DNA from: Eutreptiella sp. 'Long Island Sound 2002'
Lineage: Eukaryota > Protista > Euglenida
Direction of reading: 5' to 3'
Length of the DNA stretch: 64,000 bases
NCBI GenBank assembly: GCA_964036045.1
Contig: OZ038379.1
Location: 6,758,001 to 6,822,000 of the forward strand
Shown here: positions 37,308 through 47,510 of the stretch, piece after piece
Numbering within the stretch: position 1 is the stretch's first letter
How the letters are laid out: the number at the start of each line of letters is the position of its first letter
Notes under the pieces: generated by a model
Told to the model about the DNA's origin: nothing
Database searches by the model: none
What the model saw: only the letters and a program-made list of their open reading frames with translations
Translations under genes and position numbers: made by a program

Positions 37308-38624
37308 TGAACTAACAAGCGTAGCGTCATGACACAAGAACTTTTGCGGAGTAGCTGCGGAGTAGCGGCACGAGCAGACAATTGGGTTTACGGTGGGTGC
37401 AAAAGTATTGAAATGCCCTCCCTTTAGCATTTACAGCATGAGGGCAAACACCTACGTACTATGCAATTGAACTTTATGACACTTGCTACTAACATCGGTG
37501 CTTGCACTCCATCATTTTGCGTTGATTCCAAAGCACAATATGCGGGTGAGACACATGCAGCCCATCCATATCCTCAAAGCTTCACGATGCGTGACACTCA
37601 GATGGTTTATGTTCATCCTTGCTTCAAGAGACAAATACAAAACCTTAAGGCTCCCAATTAGGAGGTGTGTTCAAATTCACCCGGATAGTACATGGAAGGG
37701 TGAATTGTACAACACAATGCAAAGCAAGCGAGCAGCGCTCAAAAGCTCAAAGACATGGAACTCGATATAGACAGCAAAATGCGGTGCCCCATGTGCTGCT
37801 GGTCTCAACACCAATAATCTGATGGGGGGCACGGTACAAAAGGGATTGAAAACAGGAAAATGGACGACCCTTGGACGTCTCAGTTTGAATGGCATCGCAT
37901 CTATACCATAAACAATTTGTCATTTGGGGCACGCCAACTCTTCGGCAATCGCGAAGTCTCCCGAGGCAGAAGGAATACCTTCTCGAGCCTTCCGTAGGAT
38001 GGGATCAAAATTTTACCCGCGCCCGCAAGGGTCGGCCAAAACCAAAACCAAACAAAACCAAAATTTGGTGCCACGCACAGGTTAGCAGCTGCTACAAGCG
38101 GAAAAGTAAGGATGCGGGCTTCAATGGGGGAGAGCTGATGAAAATGTTCTCAAATAAAATGCATCCGGGCTGCACCCGTGACAAGTGGTAAAAGAGCCTT
38201 CTCCGTTCTCAAATTGTGCAATGCCAGTAAGGGAAACCACTTCAAGTGATAGCGACATCCACACGATGCAAGCCAATCCACCCTCCACCATTGAGTGCAA
38301 AAAGTCCAAGATATCGCACTTTTGATGCCAATTCAAACGAAAGCGGATGGTTCGCCGCTGCTGTGCATAGCGCATGACGTCGTGCCTGCAAAATCGTTCA
38401 AAAACCCAGTTCAGCCGCAAACGGTGGTCACTAGCGAAAAAACATGAACACGACTCTCCAATACGGCCATGTGGTTGGTCGGCATGGCAAATCCCTGCTC
38501 TGGCACTCCCGGGAACCTAGTGACTTGGGAGGGAATGGGCCCAATTGTGGTGGTAGCTCACGTGTTCCCTTTGCAAGATTTTGTCCTTCATGCAAAACGG
38601 AAAATCTTTGAATCTTTGAATTGA
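37308..38624 (+). repeat. Left arm of a 1.3-kb inverted repeat (contains the empty YR-element target site at about 37635-37655)
   Basis: Reverse complement of 40671-41706 plus 46999-47338, with a few substitutions and indels. Confidence 0.92.
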
Positions 38625-40231
38625 GCCGCCAACCTAAGCTTGGTTGGGGTTTGGATACATGTGAAAAATCCCTAGATCATCGAACAAAGGTTCTGTACTC
38701 CGTTTCCCATCCGGAGCCCCCGTTTGGCGCGAAGATTTCCCCGACAACTTTACCACAAGAGCACACACCCGAGGCATTCGTTTAGGGGAATTAGACGCAA
38801 GGTTTTGGTGGAAGCCCCGTTTTTGGTGCGGGAACATGCATCGAGTTTACTGAAGACGTGCCGCGAGGTACATGTTGCTTCACGGATGAACTTGCCGTGA
38901 CCGGCAGTGCTGAGGATGGCCTGAAGGGAGACGGGGCACGCAGTTTGCGCTCTTGTTGCACCGTGAGAGCGTGTGCTGGTGAGGGTTGTACTTGTTGGGG
39001 TACATAGGCTCACCACCACTAGCGGAACACCACTCCGCTGTTGGACAGAGTGTTTGCACTTCGTGCTGAAAGGGGTATTGCCGTGTGGATCCCCAAGGGA
39101 ATGTGCATATCCCAAGATGTTCCCTTCATAAAGTCCGTTCCGGACCCTGGCAACTCATTCCATTTGAAAAACTCCGTTCCAGCTAAACTCCATTCCATTC
39201 CATTTTGAAACTCCTATCCCAAGATCTCGAATATTCTTGTCGTACTGCAGAATTTGTGTTAAATAAGGAATAATAATGGCCTCGGCCACCGCGGGCTTTT
39301 TTCCTTATCCTTATGTTCTAATAATGTGTTTTGTAGAGCCAGGATGTTTTCCTAATTTTCTAATGGAGCCCAACCTCAGGGATGTATTTTGATGTGTTCC
39401 TCATTCTTTGCTTCGCCGCCTTCGGCGGTATTGTTCCTTGAATGAATGCACATAAGCATGCATGGGCACAAAGCAGGCACAAAGCGTAAGAGGGAATTCT
39501 GAATGTGCTAAGCACGGCTAACCAAGGACGTGCAGCGAATCACGTCGCACATCTGCTCCCACCAAGTATGTCAGAGCCGACTTGTGCCGAGGCTGAGCCT
39601 TTTGGGCAGTGATCGAGTAAGGCAAGCCCAAGGCACCAAAACCAGAGCGGCAATTTCATGAACGCAAATTCGGGGTGCGAAGCACAAAAAGTTTTTTCCC
39701 ACCTAGTGCTGTAGTGTGTCTCCAAGCACTTGTTGTGGAATCCGTCCCCTGGATTTGAGGCACCGGCACTTTAATGAGGATAGTGATGAGGATGATGAGA
39801 ATGACCCAGCTTGGGTTGATTTCATGGTAGAGATGGGGAGGAAGATGAGGAGGTTCAAGAGGAGGAGGACGATGACAATCAATTGCCGACCAATCTTGCT
39901 GATTGATAGCTTTAAAGCTACTACCACCCGCGGTGGACGAAGTACATGCATTCGACCCAAGTACTCATGAGTTTAGTGTCACATGTGGACAACGCCGATG
40001 TTTTGGCTGCTGTCGGATCTGTGGCAGATTGAAACTCAGGTATCACACCTGGGTGATCGATCAATCACTCTACTGTATATACAGGTCAACACAGTCAGGC
40101 ACCGTTTTGGTGCCTTCGCGGTCCCCACAGTAGCCACAGAAACGGTCAAGCGGGTAACCGGGCAGATCACGGAGTGTCAAACCACCAGGTGCCAGTATGC
40201 AATTTGCAGCCTATAGGACGCACTAGAGTTT

Positions 40232-40370
40232 TCACAGCGCAGATAATTCCCCGTAAATTCGCGGTACGTCTCTGGACGATGTCTGTGGTGGGGAGTTTTC
40301 GCACACAGCGCAGATAATTCCCCGTAAATTCGCGGTCGTCTCTGGACGATGTCTGTGGTGGGGAGCTTCT
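40232..40370. repeat. Tandem duplication of about 70 bp
   Basis: cacagcgcagataattccccgtaaattcgcggt..gtctctggacgatgtctgtggtgggga x2. Confidence 0.85.
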
Positions 40371-41787
40371 GACACATTTGTGGGATGCGGCTAAGTAAGG
40401 GATAAGTCCCTTACTGAGCCGCGTCATCTTTTCTCCTCAGTACCTGACAGGACATTCAGGAATTGACACAATGTTGGAACCGGATTTTCTAGGATCACAT
40501 TCCTGATTCTGATTTCTATCTATTGCAGAAATTTGGCAATTTCAGAATGCAGACTAGGGGCCCAAAAAAAAGAAAAGTGAATGATGTTGATTGTTTCGAC
40601 AGTGCTATCCCATTACATCGTCTAAATGTATCATTTCAATGAGACAATCCATGGTTATGCTTTTTTTTTATCAATTCAAAGATTCAAAGATTTTCCGTTT
40701 TGCATGAAGGACAAAATCTTGCAAAGGGAACACGTGAGCTACAACCACAATTGGGCCCATTCTCTCCGTATGTCCCCATGGCCGTACCAAGAGGACGCAA
40801 AAGTTTCGCCGAGTCGCTTCTTCCTCCCAAGTCACTAGGTTCCCGGGGAGTGCTAGAGCAGGGATTTGCCATGCCGACCAACCACATGGCCGTATTGGAG
40901 AGTCGTGTTCATATTTTTTCACTAGTGACCACCGTTTGCGGCTGAACTGGGTTTTTGAACGATTTTGCAGGCACGACGTCATGCGCTATGCACAGCAGCG
41001 GCGAACCATCCGCTTTCGTTTGAATTGGCATCAAAAGTGCGATATCTTGGACTTTTGCACTCAATGGTGGAGGGTGGATTGGCTTGCATTGTGTGGATGT
41101 CGCTATCACTTGAAGTGGTTTCCCTTACTGGCATTGCACAATTTGAGAACGGAGAAGGCTCTTTTACCACTTGTCACGGGTGCAGCCCGGATGCATTTTA
41201 TTTGAGAACATTTTCATCAGCTCTCCCCCATTGAAGCCCGCATCCTTACTTTTCCGCTTGTAGCAGCTGCTAACCTGTGCGTGGCACCAAATTTTGGTTT
41301 TGTTTGGTTTTGGTTTTGGCCGACCCTTGCGGGCGCGGGTAAAATTTGATCCCATCCTACGGAAGGCTCGAGAAGGTATTCCTTCTGCCTCGGGAGACTT
41401 CGCGATTGCCGAAGAGTTGGCGTGCCCCAAATGACAAATTGTTTATGGTATAGATGCGATGCCATTCAAACTGAGACGTCCAAGGGTCGTCCATTTTCCT
41501 GTTTTCAATCCCTTTTGTACCGTGCCCCCCATCAGATTATTGGTGTTGAGACCAGCAGCACATGGGGCACCGCATTTTGCTGTCTATATCGAGTTCCATG
41601 TCTTTGAGCTTTTGAGCGCTGCTCGCTTGCTTTGCATTGTGTTGTACAATTCACCCTTCCATGTACTATCCGGGTGAATTTGAACACACCTCCTAATTGG
41701 GAGCCTCGTGTTTTGTGCTTGCTCAAAACACGGGTTTAACTTAATTACCTCTTCATTAGGCATTTGTCAGTTTGTTCCCTTTTTGCC

Positions 41788-42645
41788 ATGTCTGGGCTTC
41801 ACGGGAGCAGCGGGATGCAAGAGGACGCAATTTTTGTGTCCGACGATTCACACGCGGAATCGGGTACGGCCAAGGAATTGGCCGAGTTGAAGGCCATGCT
41901 CCGTCGACAGGATGCGGAGGTGGAGCGCTTGAGGGTACAATTAGCCGCCACGGAGATTGAAAAGCGCAAGGACACGGAAATCCCGGACCTCAACTTGGAT
42001 GGGATAGAGGAGTTTTTGAAGAAGGAAAGAGTCACGGTTTGGATGAAGGATGCATGTGCGGTATTAAAGAAGTATGTGACGGCGGTTCCGAAGCCGAGTA
42101 GGCCAGCAGACGTGGGAGGTAAGCAAGGAGAACAATTAAGTCTCGGAGATGCGTTGGCGTACAGAATGTGGAAAGTCCTCATTGTTGCACATGCGACTTA
42201 CGTGAAGAGGTATTCGCCGGGACAAGCATCGGGGCCCAAAGGAAAGTCGGAAAATTTTGATGAGGCCATGGCGAGTGGCGGGGATTCCTGGAGATATATA
42301 ACTGCTAAGATCTGTTCACATAGACGCGTACGTGTTGAAATCTCAACACGTACGCGTTGGTTTTTTCTTTGTTGGAAATTTGTCATTTTTCATGCAAAAT
42401 TCATGTGTGGGGTATCACCTTACCCAACCCAACCCCTCTTTGCCCTTTCCCTACACCACTGGGTGCCACTGCAAACATTGCCGACCGTAGGTCGCCTTCT
42501 CCCTCTGCAGAGTGTCCCGAAAACCATACTGAATTTCCCAAAACAAGAGTATTCAATTCAAGAAACGGGACGGGGTAGCCTACTGGTTATCCAAGGCCGG
42601 AGACTGGATACCGGTGGATGCACAACCCAGCGAAGATTGCCGTAG
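41788..42645 (+). CDS. gag-like ORF1 of the YR element (coiled-coil N-terminus)
   Basis: ATG at 41788 just after A1; KELAELKAMLRRQDAEVERLRVQLAATEIEK coiled coil. Assignment is positional only. 42328-42510 may be an intron. Confidence 0.55.
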   Translation: MSGLHGSSGMQEDAIFVSDDSHAESGTAKELAELKAMLRRQDAEVERLRVQLAATEIEKRKDTEIPDLNLDGIEEFLKKERVTVWMKDACAVLKKYVTAVPKPSRPADVGGKQGEQLSLGDALAYRMWKVLIVAHATYVKRYSPGQASGPKGKSENFDEAMASGGDSWRYITAKICSHRRVRVEISTRTRWFFLCWKFVIFHAKFMCGVSPYPTQPLFALSLHHWVPLQTLPTVGRLLPLQSVPKTILNFPKQEYSIQETGRGSLLVIQGRRLDTGGCTTQRRLP

Positions 42646-42790
42646 ATGCACGGCGGCGGGAAAGCTGGAGAACTTGCGGTACTGGTGTTTCCGGTGCCCA
42701 TTGTGGTCGTGACGAGAAAACCCGTGGCGGTATCGGGATGCCGTCGCGGGGATCGAACCACCGGGAGAGCAGAGGCCGACGTACCGGTGG

Positions 42791-44431
42791 TTGGCGCTTG
42801 AGTTTGAGTCGCACCGACGTGAGGAAGAACCCACAACACCTGTGGGTGTTGCAATTCGGGGTTGGAAGCCGTCTACGACGGCTGGATACGCGTCCAGTTT
42901 GCGAAGGTTGGGAGACCTTGAGGAATCCTTGGGAGAAGAGGGCAACTTGCCTTCCATCCTATCTCGGAAACTCGCTCAGCACGTTCAAAATGGTGGCAGC
43001 TCAAGTGGGGCGAGAGGCATCATCTCGGTAGTGCGGGCTTGTGAAGACCTCCAAATGGCTGCAGGGGTCGTCAAACCACTGCATTGGCGGCTTGCTAAAG
43101 CGGGGGCCCAAGCGGGAGTCCAAGAATATGCAAGTCCTGTACTGCTGCGTCATTTGGTGGATAGAACGACTTCGGATGGCGAAAGGGCGGTCGTGGCAAT
43201 GGCCCTGGTGTCATATGTTTGTTTTCTTAGAGTGGCGGAGGCTGCTAGCGTACGTGTTGGGGATGTACGTGACAGCAGTTATTTGGTTTTTTGGAATAGT
43301 AAGACAGGACATGAAGGGTGGCAGAGGAGGCCGGTGCCTCCTTGGGTCAGGCCGTTTGTTGAGTGGCTTCACGACTGGGCTGAGGGACGAGGGTGCGCCA
43401 GGGACGACTTGCTCTTTCCTGCAGGGGCTCCTCAGCTCGAGAAAACAATGGCGGACTTGGTGCGTGGGACGGCATGGTCCCGACATCGGTGGCACTGTTT
43501 CCGACGTGGAGGAGCTGCAGCGTGCTGGAAGAGAGGACCGGCCCTGCCTCATTTTAAATGGTGGGGCAGATGGGCAGCAACGGCGACGGCAATGGCGTAT
43601 GCGCTTGGGTACCGAGATGAAGAGGTTGTGGCCCCGCTTTGTCTACCACAGGTTTGGGGTTCCGTATCAGCGGCAGCTTTCGCGGATCCGCAGCAAGTAT
43701 GGGGAGACATCATGTTCGATGAGCGGCATCAGGACAAAAACCGGCCGGTGTGGGGCCGGAGCGAGCGACGCCGAGCAGCGCCCAGTATGTTCAGGGGTAA
43801 GAGATTTGCAGGGGAACCGAGATCTGATGCGGCAGACTTGGGCAGTTCATCGGAGGACACGGGATCAGGAGTATCGGCCGATGATGGGCCGAGTGTGCGT
43901 TCGGGTGTCCGGAGGACTGCAGAGGTTGTTCCAGCGCCAGAGGCAAGAAGGAGTTCAAGAGCAGGACCGACGATGGGGAGGCCAGGTGTCGCTGAGCGGG
44001 GACTTGCGGGTCCTGCCGGTCCACTCCCCAGCGGGGGATCGGATGCCAGCGATGCAGCGAGTGCTGGGCAGCAAGTGCCCGGCAATGGAGGAGAGAGGGC
44101 AAAGTTCAGATTCACGGCGCCGCCGCCGGGACGACCAAAGGCGCCAACGAAGTCGGGGCCATGGCGGTCAGCCGCTGAGCCTGCCCGAGGGCACCGAGGA
44201 GTCAAGCGTACGGTGGGTGGCAGAGCCCTTTCAGTACCAGCAGGCCGGAAGGGTGGCGCGGCGGTGGCGGTGGCGACGCCTTCAACGAGACGCCCGGTTA
44301 CCACAAGGGTGGCGGGAGCTACACGACGACCGCGGCACAGCGATGGAGAGTCCGGACCGGGACGGAAGCGATCCAGGACTCTACCCAGTGGAGCCGGCAG
44401 CACCAGGGGGGGGGCTCGCCGGCAACGGTGA
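42791..44431 (+). CDS. Tyrosine recombinase
   Basis: Catalytic set R (FLRVAEA), K (NSKT), HxxR (HCFRRGG), W (WGRW), Y (AMAY), followed by a low-complexity Arg/Gly/Pro tail. Confidence 0.92.
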   Translation: MALEFESHRREEEPTTPVGVAIRGWKPSTTAGYASSLRRLGDLEESLGEEGNLPSILSRKLAQHVQNGGSSSGARGIISVVRACEDLQMAAGVVKPLHWRLAKAGAQAGVQEYASPVLLRHLVDRTTSDGERAVVAMALVSYVCFLRVAEAASVRVGDVRDSSYLVFWNSKTGHEGWQRRPVPPWVRPFVEWLHDWAEGRGCARDDLLFPAGAPQLEKTMADLVRGTAWSRHRWHCFRRGGAAACWKRGPALPHFKWWGRWAATATAMAYALGYRDEEVVAPLCLPQVWGSVSAAAFADPQQVWGDIMFDERHQDKNRPVWGRSERRRAAPSMFRGKRFAGEPRSDAADLGSSSEDTGSGVSADDGPSVRSGVRRTAEVVPAPEARRSSRAGPTMGRPGVAERGLAGPAGPLPSGGSDASDAASAGQQVPGNGGERAKFRFTAPPPGRPKAPTKSGPWRSAAEPARGHRGVKRTVGGRALSVPAGRKGGAAVAVATPSTRRPVTTRVAGATRRPRHSDGESGPGRKRSRTLPSGAGSTRGGARRQR

Positions 44432-46370
44432 CCAGCCCCTGGGCTCCCCCTTGAGAGTGCCTGGGATTCTGGGGGGTTGGGTGGGCACGGAGGCTGGCCT
44501 GCATCTTAAAGGTGGAATTCTCCTGACCATCATGGCTGTGCTGACCCAACACTTCTGGTGGCTCAAGTGTAGGCTACAGTGTGCAGTAGGGGTTCTGGTG
44601 CGTCGTCTGTGGATACTGTTGAATCGCATTATTTCTGTTTGTGAGGACTTTCGGTTGGATGAGCCACTGGGGATTTGCCTGATGGCAGTACAGTACCTCT
44701 CGCCAGGGGTTTGGGATTCTGTTAATCACCTCTCCACCTCTCCCAAGCCTAGGGAAGCGAAGGTCACCCCGGAGATTTTGGAGGCTGGTATAGGTAATGT
44801 GGGGTGCTATGCGATGTCTGAAGCGGAATGGGATGCTGCGGTGCCCCCGGAGTTTTTGGAATTCATGAGAACTTTTGATCTGCGGGAGGCTGACAGGGGA
44901 AATGGGAGGGTGCGAGCAACGGTGAGTGGAATGACGGACGCCATTCGAAGGACTGGTGTTTTACATGATGAATCACCCTCTCTACCGCCAACCTGTTTTC
45001 CTTTTGTAATACCCAAAAATGATATTAAGCGCTCCTTGATTTTAAGTTGCGTGGGTATTCACAGGGGATTGCATCTCAAGCCACCAAAGTTTTCACTAGC
45101 GTCTTGGGAGGGAATAGGTAGATGGATGGCGGAGCAGCCGGCTGGGGTGGAACTGTACGGTACTCATATCGACCTCTCTAATGCCTTCTGGTCGTTCCTG
45201 TTACCCAGAAAAGCGAGGCGAATTTTCCGCTTCTTTACCCACCAGAAGGGGGGGCTCGTGTCGCTGGACCGCCTCCCGTTTGGGTGGGCCTTTTCGCCCT
45301 ATCTGTGTCAGGAGATATTGGGGCGGGTGGTGGGAGATGCAGTGCCGGATGGGGTCTTTTTGGTGCATTACTTGGATGACTTTATTTTGTTATCCAGCGA
45401 CAAACCCCTGCTTGGGACAACCACGAGTCACTTGAAAGATCGTATCGTGCGGGCGGGATTCTTGGTTAGTGCTAAGAGCACACTGAGCCCCGTCCAGAAG
45501 CTACAGGCCTTGGGGAAGGTGGTTGATTTGAAAGAACGTTCCATCCAAGTGCAGCCTTTTGTGTTCCTCCAGTTCCTGGTTGCGTGGTTGCGACTGGCCA
45601 CGGGGGCGTACTCGAAGCGGCGGCTGGACAAGCTGCTGGGTACCCTGCAGTGGCATTTAGGGCCACGACGCGGGTTTTCAGGGGTGCTCGCAGGAGCGTA
45701 TGCCTGGTCGAGATTTGGACCGGAAAGGGCGCCAGCCACCCCTGTTAAAGTGTTGGAGGGATTGGCGACAGCAATTGCGCGCATAGGCCAGAAGTGGAGA
45801 CCGCTGTCGGAGTCGCGCATGCGAAGGGTACGGCAGCTGGGAGGTTGGTGCCTCTCTGAAAGGCCGGCATCTAGAGGCGATTTGTTTGGGGCTGTGATAT
45901 TGGTGGATGCCGCCAAAGACGGTGTTTGCTACAGGGTGGGTGGTGTGTTGCCTGCTAACCAGTCTGTGCGAACATGGGTATGCCCGGACGGACCCTGTAA
46001 CCAGCAGGTGGCGGAGCTCATGGGCATAGCGTGGGCGGTGAGATTGGCGGTGCGGTTGGGTTGGAAGGTTTTCACTGTCTTCGCCGACAGTATGGTGGGC
46101 ATTGCTCAGGTGAGGGGTTTGAAGGCAGCATCCCATCTGCGTACCCAGTTGCGTGTGTTGCGCGCACTGACGTGGGTGCTGTATAACACAGGAGTGATAG
46201 TACGTCTAATTTGGGTGCCGTCAGAGCTTCATCCTGCCGATCCAATGAGTCGAGTGGACATGGATTTCGGGGGGCGGGTGCACCAAGCTGAGTTGGAGGC
46301 GTGGGAGAGATGGCGAGTATTGCAGAAGTATCCTGAACTCTGCTGGGTGCAAGGCCTAGCTTATGTATGA
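43041..46370 (+). CDS. Reverse transcriptase-RNase H (functional part probably begins near 44.5 kb)
   Basis: FPFVIPK, HIDLSNAFWSF, LPFGWAFSP and YLDD (RT); ILVDAA, QVAELMG, FADSMV and VPSELHPADPMSR (DIRS-type RNase H). Confidence 0.93.
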   Translation: MKTSKWLQGSSNHCIGGLLKRGPKRESKNMQVLYCCVIWWIERLRMAKGRSWQWPWCHMFVFLEWRRLLAYVLGMYVTAVIWFFGIVRQDMKGGRGGRCLLGSGRLLSGFTTGLRDEGAPGTTCSFLQGLLSSRKQWRTWCVGRHGPDIGGTVSDVEELQRAGREDRPCLILNGGADGQQRRRQWRMRLGTEMKRLWPRFVYHRFGVPYQRQLSRIRSKYGETSCSMSGIRTKTGRCGAGASDAEQRPVCSGVRDLQGNRDLMRQTWAVHRRTRDQEYRPMMGRVCVRVSGGLQRLFQRQRQEGVQEQDRRWGGQVSLSGDLRVLPVHSPAGDRMPAMQRVLGSKCPAMEERGQSSDSRRRRRDDQRRQRSRGHGGQPLSLPEGTEESSVRWVAEPFQYQQAGRVARRWRWRRLQRDARLPQGWRELHDDRGTAMESPDRDGSDPGLYPVEPAAPGGGLAGNGDQPLGSPLRVPGILGGWVGTEAGLHLKGGILLTIMAVLTQHFWWLKCRLQCAVGVLVRRLWILLNRIISVCEDFRLDEPLGICLMAVQYLSPGVWDSVNHLSTSPKPREAKVTPEILEAGIGNVGCYAMSEAEWDAAVPPEFLEFMRTFDLREADRGNGRVRATVSGMTDAIRRTGVLHDESPSLPPTCFPFVIPKNDIKRSLILSCVGIHRGLHLKPPKFSLASWEGIGRWMAEQPAGVELYGTHIDLSNAFWSFLLPRKARRIFRFFTHQKGGLVSLDRLPFGWAFSPYLCQEILGRVVGDAVPDGVFLVHYLDDFILLSSDKPLLGTTTSHLKDRIVRAGFLVSAKSTLSPVQKLQALGKVVDLKERSIQVQPFVFLQFLVAWLRLATGAYSKRRLDKLLGTLQWHLGPRRGFSGVLAGAYAWSRFGPERAPATPVKVLEGLATAIARIGQKWRPLSESRMRRVRQLGGWCLSERPASRGDLFGAVILVDAAKDGVCYRVGGVLPANQSVRTWVCPDGPCNQQVAELMGIAWAVRLAVRLGWKVFTVFADSMVGIAQVRGLKAASHLRTQLRVLRALTWVLYNTGVIVRLIWVPSELHPADPMSRVDMDFGGRVHQAELEAWERWRVLQKYPELCWVQGLAYV

Positions 46371-47510
46371 CGCCCACCTGGGTCGCGCCGCGGGTGTCAG
46401 AAGCCAGCCTGGTAAAGCTTTCCAGTGAGCCGAGGCAAGCATTGTTTAGTATTGTTTCGTGCATGCACTAGGGTTAAACTCGTGTTTTGAGCTTGCTCAA
46501 AACACTGGTTTAACTTAATTACCTCTTCATTAGGCATTTGTCAGTTTGTCCCCCCCCCCCCCACCCCCTGCCACTAATCGGGGCGGGTTTCTGCCACACT
46601 TCATAGCTGTTTTGTGGAGTGGGAGCGGTGGGATGTCCAGCTTAAGAGCGACAGTAGTGGGCGCAGGGGGGGGGTTTGAAGGTGAGAGGGTGGCCTGCTC
46701 TGACCCCACCCACCCACCCCCTGCCGCGATTGAGTTACATCCGCGCATGACCAGCTATGATGGGCAGGGACGGGGCACTGTATGTTGAATGTATCTTTGC
46801 TTTCGTCGGCGGGACATGACAGAATACGCGGGTGAGTGAGTGCGTGAACGTGTGGGTATTGGTCGGGTCCCCTGCGGGGAGGCGAACGCTGTCGGTCACA
46901 ACGATGTTATACTGGCCACTACGGTGGCAACTGAACAGGCCAGTGAGCCGAGGCAAGCATTGTTTAGTATTGTTTCGTGCATGCACTAGGGTTAAACTTA
47001 AGGTTTTGTATTTGTCTCTTGAAGCAAGGATGAACATAAACCATCCGAGTGTCACGCATCATGAAGCTTTGAGGACATGGATGGGCTGCATGTGTCTCAC
47101 CCGCATATTGTGCTTTGGAATCAACGCAAAATGATGGAGTGCAAGCACCGATGTTAGTAGCAAGTGTCATAAAGTTCAATTGCATAGTACGTAGGTGTTT
47201 GCCCTCATGCTGTAAATGCTAAAGGGAGGGCATTTCAATACTTTTGCACCCACCGTAAACCCAATTGTCTGCTCGTGCCGCTACTCCGCAGCTACTCCGC
47301 AAAAGTTCTTGTGTCATGACGCTACGCTTGTTAGTTCACAAAATCATTGTTTTCCATTATTTAAATTATGTATTATGTATGTTCATGTATTACATATTAT
47401 TCATTTCGTTTATTTACATGTAAAACGTGCAAGTAACCCGTTTTACCGGCACGAAAACGGGCTATTAACCCGTTTTTCTCGGCCATGTAACCCGTTTTAC
47501 TGCCGAAAAA

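Larger units (their letters stand above)
41707..46998 (+). mobile_element. Tyrosine-recombinase (DIRS-order) retrotransposon, gag-YR-RT/RH order (VIPER/TATE-like), with split direct repeats
   Basis: A1 41707-41775, B1 46422-46480, A2 46481-46549, B2 46940-46998. YR and RT-RNase H ORFs. Flanks rejoin to the empty site seen in the other arm; no TSD. Confidence 0.93.
40671..47338 (-). repeat. Right arm of the 1.3-kb inverted repeat, interrupted by the YR retrotransposon
   Basis: 40671-41706 and 46999-47338 join without a gap to give the reverse complement of 37308-38624. Confidence 0.9.

Noticed and set aside
42324-42372. Hairpin plus T-run read as a bacterial intrinsic terminator
   Set aside because: Context is a eukaryotic retroelement; reported instead as a possible splice-masking structure.
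43729-44403. 224-aa antisense ORF in the YR element
   Set aside because: GC-rich shadow of the YR tail; no motifs.
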